Assembly (NCBI RefSeq): GCF_000015145.1
Contig: NC_008818.1
Location: forward strand, 1,530,001 to 1,562,000
Direction of reading: 5' to 3'
Source of the DNA: Hyperthermus butylicus DSM 5456
GTDB taxonomy: Archaea > Thermoproteota > Thermoprotei_A > Sulfolobales > Pyrodictiaceae
DNA length: 32,000 nucleotides
Below the pieces are notes generated by a model. The model did no database searches, was not told the origin of the DNA, and saw nothing but the letters and a program-made list of their open reading frames with translations. The number at the start of each line of letters is the position of its first letter. Within the stretch, counting starts at the first letter, position 1. Both the position numbers and the translations under genes were made by a program. Positions 1-8,923 of the stretch are shown here, one piece after another.

Positions 1-266
1 TCGCCGGAAACCCGTAGCCTGCCACGCCTCACAAGGCTCCAGTAAATGGGGAGTGTCAGCACTGGATGCAGACGCGCCATGTCCCCGGCCCCTAAAACAT
101 CGGACACGCAAGACGGGGTATCTGGTTTACTAGCTTGTCTAGCCTGCTCTCCTCTTAGCCCAATCATCTGCCCTAGACTGGCACCTTCTCTAAAATACTC
201 GTCCCGGCAGGACGGATCCTGAAGCCATACTCCATCCCACGGAGCGACCCAGCTCAGCCTAAACAT
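1..266 (-). CDS. hypothetical protein, partial (3' end runs off the left edge of the window)
   Basis: My own minus-strand translation: ATG at 266..264, then an unbroken frame to position 1 (MFRLSWVAPWDGVWLQDPSCRDEYFREG...). It is absent from the ORF track because no stop lies inside the window. No recognisable motif. Confidence 0.3.
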   Translation of the reverse strand, partial: MFRLSWVAPWDGVWLQDPSCRDEYFREGASLGQMIGLRGEQARQASKPDTPSCVSDVLGAGDMARLHPVLTLPIYWSLVRRGRLRVSG

Positions 267-379
267 CCTCGTCGATTGATACTTTGTAGACGTAATACTC
301 TCGCCAACGTGGCAGACTCAATAGCCTACCTATTATGGCCGCCGAGTGTAATGCCCAGCACTGATAGCATTGGATGCAT

Positions 380-1102
380 TCAAGCACAGCGGAATGGTAT
401 AGTGCCGCTAAACATTATCCTCAATTTGTCGCCAGCTCTTTCAGCGCTAAATCTGAGCCCACGCACCGCAACCCCAGCCTCTAGGGCGATGCATAGGCTA
501 CGGGCTAGCAGGGGGTCTGCACGGCCATTCGGAGCTATAGCCTCCACGTCGCCCCTCAGTGCAAGAATTGCCAGCTCAGCCTCAAAGCCTTGGAGCCGTA
601 GCATCCGGAGAGTCTCGACATGTTTTAGCCCGCGTTTGCTAGGAGCGTCAGGCCAGAGGGCTATGGGGCCAACAGCATAGTTTGTAGCTTTTACCTCTAC
701 GATCCTAACGGAGTTGCCGACGGATACTATGAAGTCGAACCTGGAGCCGAGAATCTGCCTTTCCCTCTCATAGCTGGCACCACCATAGATTAGCGGTATA
801 ACTTTCTCGAACAGCTTGTTCGGCAGCCTTGTGTCCTCGAGTACTAGCATGTCATTATCGTAGAAGGCTACGAGGTCGCAGCTCGTCCTTCGGCCTGGCC
901 TCCAAGCTCGCTTGTAGAGCACACGCGTCCCAGGACGTAATGCCGGGATCCTACCCGGATCATGTATGTGGCATGTGAACTCTCTTCCCGCAGCTTCTAG
1001 CACAGCTGTAAACCTGTTGGGCCTGGCTAGCAGGGTGGCCTCCTCTACACCGCTAATCTCCAGAACCAGCCTGCTCGTTGATGAGGCGTTGGAGCTTCTC
1101 AT
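380..1102 (-). CDS. sfsA: SfsA family protein (sugar fermentation stimulation protein homolog, nuclease-like fold)
   Basis: 240 aa. N-terminal ARPNRF...HIHDPGR pattern and central RFDF...VEVK, then PDAPSKRGLKH, colinear with my recollection of E. coli SfsA (RYKRFLADV..HCPNTG, RIDF..IEVK, PDAVTERGQKH). The start overlaps the panB stop by 50 nt, so the true start may lie further downstream. Confidence 0.8.
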   Translation of the reverse strand: MRSSNASSTSRLVLEISGVEEATLLARPNRFTAVLEAAGREFTCHIHDPGRIPALRPGTRVLYKRAWRPGRRTSCDLVAFYDNDMLVLEDTRLPNKLFEKVIPLIYGGASYERERQILGSRFDFIVSVGNSVRIVEVKATNYAVGPIALWPDAPSKRGLKHVETLRMLRLQGFEAELAILALRGDVEAIAPNGRADPLLARSLCIALEAGVAVRGLRFSAERAGDKLRIMFSGTIPFRCA

Positions 1103-1985
1103 ACTCGCCCCTCTTCATCCCCCAGTACATGCCTTCGCCGGGGAACCTGCCATTGCGTACATCCGAGGCATACTCGCTGACGGCTCTCCGAATAATTGCG
1201 GCAAGGTCAACATATTTCTTGGCGAACGGTGGCGGGGTCGGGGTTAGGCCGAGGAGATCATGGATTACCAGTACCTGGCCGTCACAGTAGGGACCACTAC
1301 CGATACATATAGTTGGTATTGAGAGTTTCCTCGTTATCTCCCTCGCTACTTCCCACGCCGTAAACTCTATGACTACAGCAAAGGCGCCAGCCTCCTCTGC
1401 ACCTATAGCCTCCCGGATAACCTCCATGGCTTCGCTGGCCGTTTTGCCTGCCAGGCGGTAGCCACCGAGCAGCTTGTAGCGTTGCGGGGTAAGCCCCACA
1501 TGGGCCACGACTGGTATACCCGCCCTCACCAATGCTCTTATGGTGTCGCTGTAGCTGGCCCCGCCCTCTATCTTCACTGCATCAGCCCCGGCTGCAATTA
1601 GCCTGCCAGCATTCAGTACCGCGTCCCGGGTTGAGGCCTCGTAGCTCATAAACGGCATATCGGCGACGATTAGGGCTCGGGGCTGGGCTCTTGCAACAGC
1701 TGCTGTATGCCTCTCCATGTCCTCAAGGGTGACCTGGTGAGTAGAAGGGAGACCTAGAACAACCATGCCGAGAGAGTCTCCCACAAGAATCATATCTACG
1801 CCGGCTTCGTCGACGAGCTTTGCTGTTATGTAGTCGTAAGCCGTAACCATTACTATGCGCTCTCCGCGCTGCTTAGCACGAACTATATCTCGCACGGTAA
1901 CCTTCTCCCGGCCAGCCATCGCTCTAGCAACCTCACAGCTCTCCACATAGCTTCGTTGAATGGTGCCCTTAGCCCGAGCCTCCAA
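1053..1985 (-). CDS. panB: 3-methyl-2-oxobutanoate hydroxymethyltransferase (ketopantoate hydroxymethyltransferase)
   Basis: IVMVTAYDY..., GVDMILVGDSLGMVVLG and VKIEGG motifs typical of PanB. The likely true start is the internal ATG at 1919 (MAGREKVTVRDI...), which reduces the overlap with panE to 37 nt. Confidence 0.9.
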   Translation of the reverse strand: MEARAKGTIQRSYVESCEVARAMAGREKVTVRDIVRAKQRGERIVMVTAYDYITAKLVDEAGVDMILVGDSLGMVVLGLPSTHQVTLEDMERHTAAVARAQPRALIVADMPFMSYEASTRDAVLNAGRLIAAGADAVKIEGGASYSDTIRALVRAGIPVVAHVGLTPQRYKLLGGYRLAGKTASEAMEVIREAIGAEEAGAFAVVIEFTAWEVAREITRKLSIPTICIGSGPYCDGQVLVIHDLLGLTPTPPPFAKKYVDLAAIIRRAVSEYASDVRNGRFPGEGMYWGMKRGEYEKLQRLINEQAGSGD

Positions 1986-2827
1986 GCCTCACGGGCTACC
2001 GAGCCATTGATATAGTCTACCTCGCTACGTCCCCTCCTCGCCACGTCCTGGAGCATTGAGGAGCAGTTGTCTCCCGTAGCCCTAGCCACCCGGAAAACCT
2101 CCTCGACGGGATCACCCGGTAGCTCGACTCCCCGCCTCCAAGCTACTAGGGCAACCTCGCGGGCCAGCTGTGCTGCTAGCTTCCCCGCATCGGGGTTCTC
2201 CAGGATGACCTTGTTTCTCGACCAGGCTAGCACAGTCACCGGGTTTATCGCCGCATTGACAGCCAGCTTTAGCCAGCGATAAGGCTCCACGTCGCCCACA
2301 TGGCTCGAGGGGAGGCCCCCCGCCGTCAGTGCCTCTGCAAGCTGGTGGGACCAGAAGCTGCAGCTACCACCGCGCGCCCAGCAACCCAGCAGCAGCCCTC
2401 CCCTCCCGAGGAGCCTGGCGCGGCACGGTGCAACGCCTACAGCTCCAAAGTAGACCACGCCGCCTATAGCGCGGTCTACACCGTAGGTTTTTGAGAGGAG
2501 TTCGAGGCTGCCCAAACCGTTCTGGAGAGAGACCACCGCCTCGGGGTTCCAGCCTGCCTGGAGAGAATCCTCCACAGCACTTGTCAAATCGTACGCCTTA
2601 ACAGCGTAGACTACGAGCCTCGGGCGGAGCCTCGCTGCACCCGTCCATCCGCAAACGAGCAGCTCGCCGAAGCCCAACCCCTCGACGAGAACCATATCCC
2701 AGCGGCACCCGTCAGTGCCGCTCCTCGTAACCGCTGCCACCTGCACACCCGCCCTCGCCAAGGCCAGAGCTACCGTGCTCCCAACAGCCCCGCAACCCAC
2801 AACAACCACATCTATGTTGAGGGACAC
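1883..2827 (-). CDS. panE: 2-dehydropantoate 2-reductase (ketopantoate reductase)
   Basis: N-terminal Rossmann VVVVGCGAVGS, LQNGLG, LKLAVNAAINP and SSMLQDV..GR.SEVDYING motifs characteristic of the ApbA/PanE family. Lies directly upstream of panB on the same strand. Confidence 0.8.
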   Translation of the reverse strand: MSLNIDVVVVGCGAVGSTVALALARAGVQVAAVTRSGTDGCRWDMVLVEGLGFGELLVCGWTGAARLRPRLVVYAVKAYDLTSAVEDSLQAGWNPEAVVSLQNGLGSLELLSKTYGVDRAIGGVVYFGAVGVAPCRARLLGRGGLLLGCWARGGSCSFWSHQLAEALTAGGLPSSHVGDVEPYRWLKLAVNAAINPVTVLAWSRNKVILENPDAGKLAAQLAREVALVAWRRGVELPGDPVEEVFRVARATGDNCSSMLQDVARRGRSEVDYINGSVAREAWRLGLRAPFNEAMWRAVRLLERWLAGRRLPCEI

Positions 2828-2936
2828 AGTCTAGCGCCACCCCAGCCCCAAGCAACCCGGCATGGAAGAGAAAAAGAAGCAGGGAATGAGGAATCATGAC
2901 ACAAGTCTTGTTGAATGCCTTCGGATCAGATAGGGC

Positions 2937-3188
2937 TTACCCTGCATGCTCTAACGTGTCCGCAGCTTGCTCGAGTAGACTCCACTCCAGACAACCCCGT
3001 GAACGTATAACGTCTGCAGCTACGCGGAGCAGCTCTGCAGCCTGCTCCAAGACCGTCTCGTCGCCGCCATAGGAGAGGTATTCCTCGATTATTAGTAGGG
3101 CTTCGTCTAGCTCTGGCGTAGTACCGCAGGACACTTGAACCGCCTTAGCCATCGAGTACGCTTCATAGATCATCCTCGCGTAGGCCAT
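2937..3188 (-). CDS. small acidic helical hypothetical protein (83 aa)
   Basis: Only an ORF downstream of, and co-directional with, the wHTH gene, 21 nt after its stop. No motif recognised. Confidence 0.4.
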   Translation of the reverse strand: MAYARMIYEAYSMAKAVQVSCGTTPELDEALLIIEEYLSYGGDETVLEQAAELLRVAADVIRSRGCLEWSLLEQAADTLEHAG

Positions 3189-3209
3189 GCTGAATCACAT
3201 CCCCGCGCC

Positions 3210-3800
3210 CTAGGCTATGAACCCATCGTAGTCAGCGTCGAAACCCGCATCAACATCTACGCCCGTGTCTCCGCCCTCGTAGTCGCCATATTCACCGCCC
3301 TCATAGTCCTCGTATCCCTCAACACCGACATGCTCTTCGTGGTCCTGCTCTTCGCTGGAGAGAAGCTGCGATAACAACACGGCTTCTCCAAGGCCTATGA
3401 GGCCTAGTGTCTGCAACATGGGCAACACAAACAAGAGATCCATCAATGCTAGACCTGGCGCTAGGTAGCCGGTACGGCTTGCCGGCTGGAGCACTGCTTC
3501 GGAGCTGTGCACCTCGGAGAGCTGGCTTGCAATCCTCCTTGCAGCCTCTGCTGCATGTTCTAGTAAGCGCATAGCCTCGGGGACCGCATTGAGACCATGC
3601 TCTGTTAGCCTGATCCTCCTCCTCTTGATTATAAAACCTGTAGTATATTCTTCAACGAGCCCCCGGCTCTTCAGCTTCTCAATGATGGATTCTACTGTCT
3701 CGCGGCTGGTGTTGAGCAGTCTGGCTATCGATTCTACAGTGTCGAAGCCTCGGTGCACAGCTAGGAGTACTGCTGCCTCAGCTGCTGTTAGACCCTCCAC
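3210..3800 (-). CDS. winged-helix (MarR/TrmB-like) transcriptional regulator with a hydrophobic segment and an acidic Tyr/Gly-rich C-terminal tail
   Basis: N-terminal AVLLAVHRGFDTVESIARLLNTSRETVESIIEKLKSRGLVEE is a typical wHTH. A hydrophobic stretch follows (LALMDLLFVLPMLQTLGLIGLGEAVLL), then the tail EGYEDYEGGEYGDYEGGDTGVDVDAGFDADYDGFIA. Confidence 0.6.
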   Translation of the reverse strand: MEGLTAAEAAVLLAVHRGFDTVESIARLLNTSRETVESIIEKLKSRGLVEEYTTGFIIKRRRIRLTEHGLNAVPEAMRLLEHAAEAARRIASQLSEVHSSEAVLQPASRTGYLAPGLALMDLLFVLPMLQTLGLIGLGEAVLLSQLLSSEEQDHEEHVGVEGYEDYEGGEYGDYEGGDTGVDVDAGFDADYDGFIA

Positions 3801-4156
3801 TCTCTACTCCTCCCCCAAGCTTTTCACGAAGAAACTCGAGTATCAGCTTATACCGCTTCATCCTGTGTCTCGGTTTAACCCTAACGTTATGGCCGTACCT
3901 CCCGGAAGCAGCCAGGCAGCTCTCCTTGCTGTGATGCCCCGGTGCTACGTGGAACACCACTGACCGGTCCACGAAGCAGTGGTAATCCTCCATGCCGTGG
4001 ATTATGGGGGACAAGCGTCTGGACCCGGCCCATATAGTTTACCGGGTCTTGCCCCTCACAATCCTCCCTATCACGCCATGACGCGCCACGTATCTGGTCG
4101 GGGTCGAACCAGTAGCCGACATTAGCCGACTCGCTCGCGTCGAAGCCGACCTCCAA
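3778..4156 (-). pseudogene. possible frame-disrupted small gene (two overlapping minus-strand ORFs, 3887..4156 and 3778..4014, in different frames)
   Basis: The upstream ORF reads plausibly as far as ...DPVNYMG. The downstream frame is open from 4038 and reads ...SPIIHGMEDYHCFVDRSVVFHVAPGHH..., ending 23 nt inside the wHTH gene start. Without this gene there would be a roughly 530 nt divergent gap. No family recognised. Confidence 0.25.
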
Positions 4157-4329
4157 TCGCTAACACCATGGCCAGGCAACCCGAGGCTTGGGGAACCAGC
4201 CAGCTAGGGGTAGCTCTCCACATTTTTCTCGGCGATAGTCGAATAGTACTCTAGGCAGTTGTTGTAGAGGGAGGCTTCTTTTAGCTATGCAGCTGCCTCG
4301 TACCCGAGCAACTGGCAGCGTGAAGCGGC

Positions 4330-5385
4330 ATGCCGCGTGGAAGCGGCATAGTTGGCTGGGGCGGCTACGTGCCCCGTTACAGGATCAAGGCTGCGGAGAT
4401 TGTAAGGGTTTGGGGCTGGGAGCCTAGCGTTCCCGCAGGGCTCGGGGTGAAGGAGAAGGCTGTGGAGAATGTTGACGAGGATTCAGTCACAATGGGTTAT
4501 GAGGCTGCGCGGAACGCAATAGCACGAGCCAACGTAGACCCCAGGGAGATAAAGGCCGTGTTCTTCGGCACCGAGTCCAAGCCATACGCTGTCAAGCCCT
4601 CTGCCACAATTATCGCCGAGGCTCTCGGTATAACACCAGAGACCATGGCGTCGGACCTGGAGTTTGCATGCCGCGCTGCCAGCGAGGGGCTCCGAGCGAG
4701 CCTTGCACTAGTAGAGGCTGGCTACATGAAGTACGCACTGGTAGTAGCTTCCGATACTGCGCAAGCAAACCCGGGCGACGTGCTAGAATTTACTGCTGCC
4801 AGCGGCGCAGCAGCCTTTGTTGTCGGCCCTGCATCGGAAAGCGTTGCCGTGCTCGAAGGGGTCTACACCTACGTCACTGACACACCGGACTTCTGGAGGG
4901 GCCAGCACAGCCGCTACCCAATGCACGGCGAGGCATTCACCGGCGAGCCAGCATACTTCCACCACATAGAGAGCGCAGTCAAGGGCTTAATGGAGAAGCT
5001 CGGGCTAAAACCCGAGGACTTTGACTACGCCGTCTTCCATCAGCCTAACGGTAAGTTCCCCCTAAGGGTTGGAGCAAGACTCGGCTTCCCCAAGGAGAAG
5101 ATTCTGCCAGGCCTCCTCACACCAATAATCGGCAACACATACAATGCCAGTGCCCTACTAGGCTTCGCAAGGATACTCGATCAGGCAAAGCCTGGCCAGC
5201 GAATACTCGTAGCACCATTCGGCAGTGGCGCGGGTAGCGACGCATATAGCTTCATCGTAACCGATCGCATCGAGGAGGCTAGGAATCGTGCACCAAAGGT
5301 TGACGACTACGTGAACTGGAAGCGCTATATAGACTATGCTATGCACGCACGCATGCGCAAGCTCTATGACAGAAGACCCGTCTAG
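4330..5385 (+). CDS. hydroxymethylglutaryl-CoA synthase (archaeal type)
   Basis: 351 aa. Thiolase-fold condensing enzyme with the catalytic-Cys context [12 protein letters not shown] and the typical archaeal HMGS N-terminus [14 protein letters not shown]. First gene of the conserved HMGS/thiolase/DUF35 trio. Confidence 0.9.
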   Translation: MPRGSGIVGWGGYVPRYRIKAAEIVRVWGWEPSVPAGLGVKEKAVENVDEDSVTMGYEAARNAIARANVDPREIKAVFFGTESKPYAVKPSATIIAEALGITPETMASDLEFACRAASEGLRASLALVEAGYMKYALVVASDTAQANPGDVLEFTAASGAAAFVVGPASESVAVLEGVYTYVTDTPDFWRGQHSRYPMHGEAFTGEPAYFHHIESAVKGLMEKLGLKPEDFDYAVFHQPNGKFPLRVGARLGFPKEKILPGLLTPIIGNTYNASALLGFARILDQAKPGQRILVAPFGSGAGSDAYSFIVTDRIEEARNRAPKVDDYVNWKRYIDYAMHARMRKLYDRRPV

Positions 5386-5404
5386 TCGTGGCGGGGTGAT
5401 GATT

Positions 5405-6559
5405 ATGCCTCGAGTCTACGTAGCCGGAGTCGGGATGACAAAGATCGACCGTCACTACGACAAGGGTATCCTGGACCTAGCAGCCGAGGCCGCCTTTAGA
5501 GCCATAGACGACGCAGGAATCAAACCCGATGCTGTGATTGTTACGAGCATGCTTGCGAGCAAGCTACAGGAGCAGGACAATCTTGGCGCCTACGTAGCTG
5601 CTGGACTGGGGCTGCGCTACAGACCCGCACTACATGTTGAAGCTGCCTGCGGCAGCGGAGGCGCTGGCGTTTACACGGGGTTTGCCTTGATACGTTCGGG
5701 GCTCGTAGATTCTGTGCTGGTTGTTGGCGTTGAGAAGATGACTGATTACCCGACAGCCATTGTCACCGCTGGCTTGGCGCAGGCTGCCGACGCAGAGTAC
5801 GAACTCTATTACGGGGCCACGTTTACCGGACTCAACGCACTCATGATGAGGTATTATATGGAGAAGTACGGGGTTACAAGGGACGAGATGAGCGAGTGGC
5901 CAGTAATGATGCACGAGAACGCCCTCAGCAACCCATACGCACAGATAAGGAGGAGGATAACGAGGGAGGACGTGGCTCGCAGCCAGGTGATAGCTGATCC
6001 GATAAGACTGCTTGACAGCAGCCCCATAGGTGATGGCGCTGCAGCCGTCCTACTAGTCTCGGAGGATGCCGCGAAGAGGCTGCCCGAGAAACCCATCGTC
6101 GAGATAGCCGGTGCTGGACTGGCCGTGGACACCGTGGAGCTTAGCAATAGGGAGATTCTCGACGGCATGCCTGCCGCTAGGAAGGCTGCCGAGCAGGCTT
6201 ACCGTATGGCAGGGGTGGAGCCAAGCAAGATAGACGTCATGGAGATCCATGACGCGTTCACGATAAACGCGATACTGCTATTGGAGGAGCTAGGCTTTGC
6301 GGAGAAGGGCAGGGCGGCTAAGCTAGTAGCTGAGGGCCGCTTCCACCCAGGCGATAGGCCGACGGCAAACCCGAGCGGAGGCCTCAAGGCCCGCGGCCAC
6401 CCAGTAGGCGCAACCGGTGTCTACCAGGTAGCAGAGGTGACGATGCAGCTGCGCGGCGACTTCCCCGGCGTAAAGGTCGATGGCGCCGAGGTAGGCTTAG
6501 CAGTTAACGTTGGTGGCGACGGCTCGACGGTTTCAGCCCTAGTCCTCAGACGCGCCTAG
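5405..6559 (+). CDS. acetyl-CoA C-acetyltransferase (acetoacetyl-CoA thiolase, archaeal type)
   Basis: VYVAGVGMTK..., active-site Cys context VEAACGSGGAG and C-terminal GHPVGATG. The ORF track starts at 5336. I prefer the ATG at 5405 because a GGTGAT Shine-Dalgarno-like element sits at 5393-5398, 6 nt upstream. An ATG at 5399 is also possible. Confidence 0.9.
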   Translation: MPRVYVAGVGMTKIDRHYDKGILDLAAEAAFRAIDDAGIKPDAVIVTSMLASKLQEQDNLGAYVAAGLGLRYRPALHVEAACGSGGAGVYTGFALIRSGLVDSVLVVGVEKMTDYPTAIVTAGLAQAADAEYELYYGATFTGLNALMMRYYMEKYGVTRDEMSEWPVMMHENALSNPYAQIRRRITREDVARSQVIADPIRLLDSSPIGDGAAAVLLVSEDAAKRLPEKPIVEIAGAGLAVDTVELSNREILDGMPAARKAAEQAYRMAGVEPSKIDVMEIHDAFTINAILLLEELGFAEKGRAAKLVAEGRFHPGDRPTANPSGGLKARGHPVGATGVYQVAEVTMQLRGDFPGVKVDGAEVGLAVNVGGDGSTVSALVLRRA

Positions 6560-6587
6560 CCCATATCACTGTGAAGGGTGTATATCC

Positions 6588-7013
6588 ATGACCATAAGCA
6601 TGCACATATCCCCGGCTAGGATATGGCGTGAGCGAATCTACAGGTACAGACTTGTTGGCAGGAAGTGCCTCAAGTGCGGCCGTACACACTATCCACCAAG
6701 GCCAGCATGCCCTCACTGCGGCTCTCGCGACCTGAAAGAGGTTGAACTACCGAGGACCGGCGTACTGGAGACCTATACGGTGATATACACTGTTATGGAT
6801 GGGTTTAGAGAGAAGGCACCCCTAGTGATAGGCATAGTCAGGCTAGACGATGGCACCCGTGTGCTCGCACCGATAACAGATGTCGAGCCCTCCGAGGTTA
6901 AGACTGGCATGCGTGTCGAAGCGGTGCTAAGGAGGATAAGAAAAGACGGAGAGGACGGCTTGATAGGCTACGGTACTGCTTTCCGCCCAGTACTCTCCGC
7001 GAAAACCAGCTAG
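6588..7013 (+). CDS. DUF35 zinc-ribbon/OB-fold protein (scaffold subunit of the archaeal thiolase/HMG-CoA synthase complex)
   Basis: 141 aa. Four-Cys zinc ribbon CLKCGRTHYPPRPACPHCGS followed by an OB-fold-like region. Sits immediately after the thiolase, as in the described archaeal complex. Confidence 0.85.
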   Translation: MTISMHISPARIWRERIYRYRLVGRKCLKCGRTHYPPRPACPHCGSRDLKEVELPRTGVLETYTVIYTVMDGFREKAPLVIGIVRLDDGTRVLAPITDVEPSEVKTGMRVEAVLRRIRKDGEDGLIGYGTAFRPVLSAKTS

Positions 7014-7056
7014 CAGCCACCATACCGTCTTGTTTTTACCTCTCCCAGGTCCCATC

Positions 7057-7368
7057 CTACCCCTCGCCTAGCAGTTCCTCGGCCTCCTTTGCGCCCTCCT
7101 CCAGCTCCCGCACCTGCTCCGGATCCAGCCTCCTAAGAAGCTCTAGAAGCTCGCCTACGTGAGTCTTCTCTTCGCGGGCTATCTCCTCGAATAGCTTTCT
7201 CGCCTTCTCGTCGCGGACACACCTAGCTATCTGGAGGTAGAGGTTTATTGCGTCGAGCTCACCGATTATTGCGAGCCTTACAGCTTCTGCTAGTGTGAGC
7301 TTGTCAAGACCGCCGTTACACTTGGCTAGAAGAGGGTGTTGCGAGAGCATACATGTACCCCTCCACAC
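7057..7368 (-). CDS. short ferritin-like / rubrerythrin-family diiron-carboxylate domain protein
   Basis: About 100 aa, helical, with one Glu...Tyr helix (IGELDAINLY) and one E-x-x-H helix (EEKTHVGE). GTG start at 7368, alternative ATG at 7350. Confidence 0.55.
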   Translation of the reverse strand: MWRGTCMLSQHPLLAKCNGGLDKLTLAEAVRLAIIGELDAINLYLQIARCVRDEKARKLFEEIAREEKTHVGELLELLRRLDPEQVRELEEGAKEAEELLGEG

Positions 7369-7396
7369 TACCAGTAAGGTAGGCCATGACTTTCCC

Positions 7397-7404
7397 TTTT
7401 ATAG
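7397..7404. promoter_or_regulatory. TATA-like element (TTTTATAG / CTATAAAA) between divergent genes
   Basis: Centred about 34 nt from the GTG start of the HMG-CoA reductase gene (7435) and about 33 nt from the GTG start of the ferritin-like gene (7368). No Shine-Dalgarno-like sequence precedes either start, which is consistent with leaderless archaeal transcripts. Confidence 0.4.
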
Positions 7405-7434
7405 TAGTCGGGGCTGCTCGTTCTGCATATCATT

Positions 7435-8793
7435 GTGCTGCGGGCCGGGGTACTGAATAACGCGGCCCGGGACTACGTTGCTGTCTGCGGGAGGTGTCTC
7501 GGGGGCTTGCAGGAGAGTGAACGCTCAAAGCTTGAAGAGGTTGTACGGGGGATTATCGAGGGCCGCATAAAGCTTCATGAAGCCGACAAGATTCTCGGCA
7601 ATGCCAATGCAGGTGCTCTTGCTCGGAGGCTTGCGCTTGAAAAGATGCTTGGCGTTAGCCTTTCAAGTATTGGGAGCACCATACTGGACTTCGAGGAGCT
7701 TGTTGGCAGGAACATCGAGAACCCGATTGGCGCGGTTCAGATCCCGGTCGGCATTGTTGGCCCGTTGAGGGTTAGGGGCGACTATGCTAACGGCGATTAC
7801 TACGTGCCAATGGCTACTACCGAGGGGGCCCTTGTTGCAAGCGTGAATCGTGGCGCTAAGGCGATAACTCTTAGCGGTGGTGCTAGGGCCAAGGTGCTCC
7901 GGGACGGCATGGCGAGGGCTCCCGTGTTCTGGACGCCCGGCATTGAGGAGGCTGCACGCTTCGTTGAATGGGTACGCGAGCACATGGACGAGGTTAGGAG
8001 GGAGGCAGAATCCACAACAAGGCATGGCAAGCTGTTGGAGGTTCAGCCCTTCATTACGGGTAACCTTGTCTGGCTGCGTTTCGTCTATGAGACCGGTGAC
8101 GCCATGGGAATGAACATGGCTACTATAGCTACTGACAAGGCTGCTGAATGGATACTGGCAAACTATCCGGGCACTGTCCGGCTCATAGCGCTCAGCGGTA
8201 ACATGTGTACGGACAAGAAGCCAGCACTGCTAAACATGCTCTTCGGTAGGGGGAAGACAGTTGTAGCCGAGGCGGTTATCAAAAGGGATGTCGCGCTAAA
8301 GGTTTTGAAGGCTCGGCCAGAGGAGATAGACTTCGTAAACCGTGTCAAGAACTTGCTTGGCACAGCCAGGGCTGGATCGTTCAGCCTCAACGCTCACTTC
8401 GCAAACATCATAGCAGCAATATTCATCGCGACCGGGCAGGACGTAGCACAGGTCGTCGAGAGCAGCATGGGCTACACGTGGACAGAGGTGCGTAACGGAG
8501 ACCTCTACATCTCGGTAACACTTCCAAGCCTAGAGGTGGGCACCGTCGGGGGAGGCACCCGGCTCCCCACACAGCGGGAAGCACTAGCCCTCATGGGTGT
8601 AGCAGGCGGCGGAGACCCGCCAGGGAGCAACGCCAGGAAGTTCGCCGAGATAGTAGCAGCAACAGTGCTTGCAGGCGAGCTAAACCTGCTAGCCGCGCTA
8701 GCCGCAAACGAGCTAGCCAGAGCTCACAAGCTACTAGGCAGGGGCGAAGCCAGAAAAGAGAAAAACACGGCAAACAGCAAACCCACCAATTAG
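7435..8793 (+). CDS. hmgA: hydroxymethylglutaryl-CoA reductase, class I (archaeal)
   Basis: [24 protein letters not shown] and GTVGGGT motifs of class I HMGR. GTG start supported by the upstream TATA spacing. Confidence 0.9.
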   Translation: MLRAGVLNNAARDYVAVCGRCLGGLQESERSKLEEVVRGIIEGRIKLHEADKILGNANAGALARRLALEKMLGVSLSSIGSTILDFEELVGRNIENPIGAVQIPVGIVGPLRVRGDYANGDYYVPMATTEGALVASVNRGAKAITLSGGARAKVLRDGMARAPVFWTPGIEEAARFVEWVREHMDEVRREAESTTRHGKLLEVQPFITGNLVWLRFVYETGDAMGMNMATIATDKAAEWILANYPGTVRLIALSGNMCTDKKPALLNMLFGRGKTVVAEAVIKRDVALKVLKARPEEIDFVNRVKNLLGTARAGSFSLNAHFANIIAAIFIATGQDVAQVVESSMGYTWTEVRNGDLYISVTLPSLEVGTVGGGTRLPTQREALALMGVAGGGDPPGSNARKFAEIVAATVLAGELNLLAALAANELARAHKLLGRGEARKEKNTANSKPTN

Positions 8794-8841
8794 CAAACAA
8801 CACCACACACAAGCAACAAGACACCAACAACAAGAAAAACC
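8794..8841. repeat. A/C-only low-complexity tract (no T in 48 nt on the + strand)
   Basis: Direct reading: caaacaacaccacacacaagcaacaagacaccaacaacaagaaaaacc, immediately after the hmgA stop. Confidence 0.6.
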
Positions 8842-8923
8842 TACTAGCAGGCTCCTTTCTTAGTTCCATTCGCTCACTTATATATTTTGGTTAGATACCC
8901 CTACTTGCAGACCCAGAGCTCGA

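Noticed and set aside
276-1290. Plus-strand ORFs 276..680, 966..1247 and 1078..1290 overlapping sfsA and panB
   Set aside because: They lie antisense to genes with strong family motifs. Their translations are Ser/Arg/Ala/Pro-rich low-information sequence, typical of shadow ORFs in GC-rich DNA. The same reasoning applies to most short antisense ORFs in the track, for example 2067..2282, 2300..2494, 5630..6387, 7577..8390, 12188..12813, 13288..14156, 17193..18107, 19028..19782, 21505..22209, 27249..28174 and 28386..29132.
8591-8869. Minus-strand 92-aa ORF across the hmgA 3' end
   Set aside because: It overlaps the well-supported hmgA coding region antisense. The Leu/Cys/Arg-rich translation reflects the complement of the A/C-rich tract, and there is no start context.
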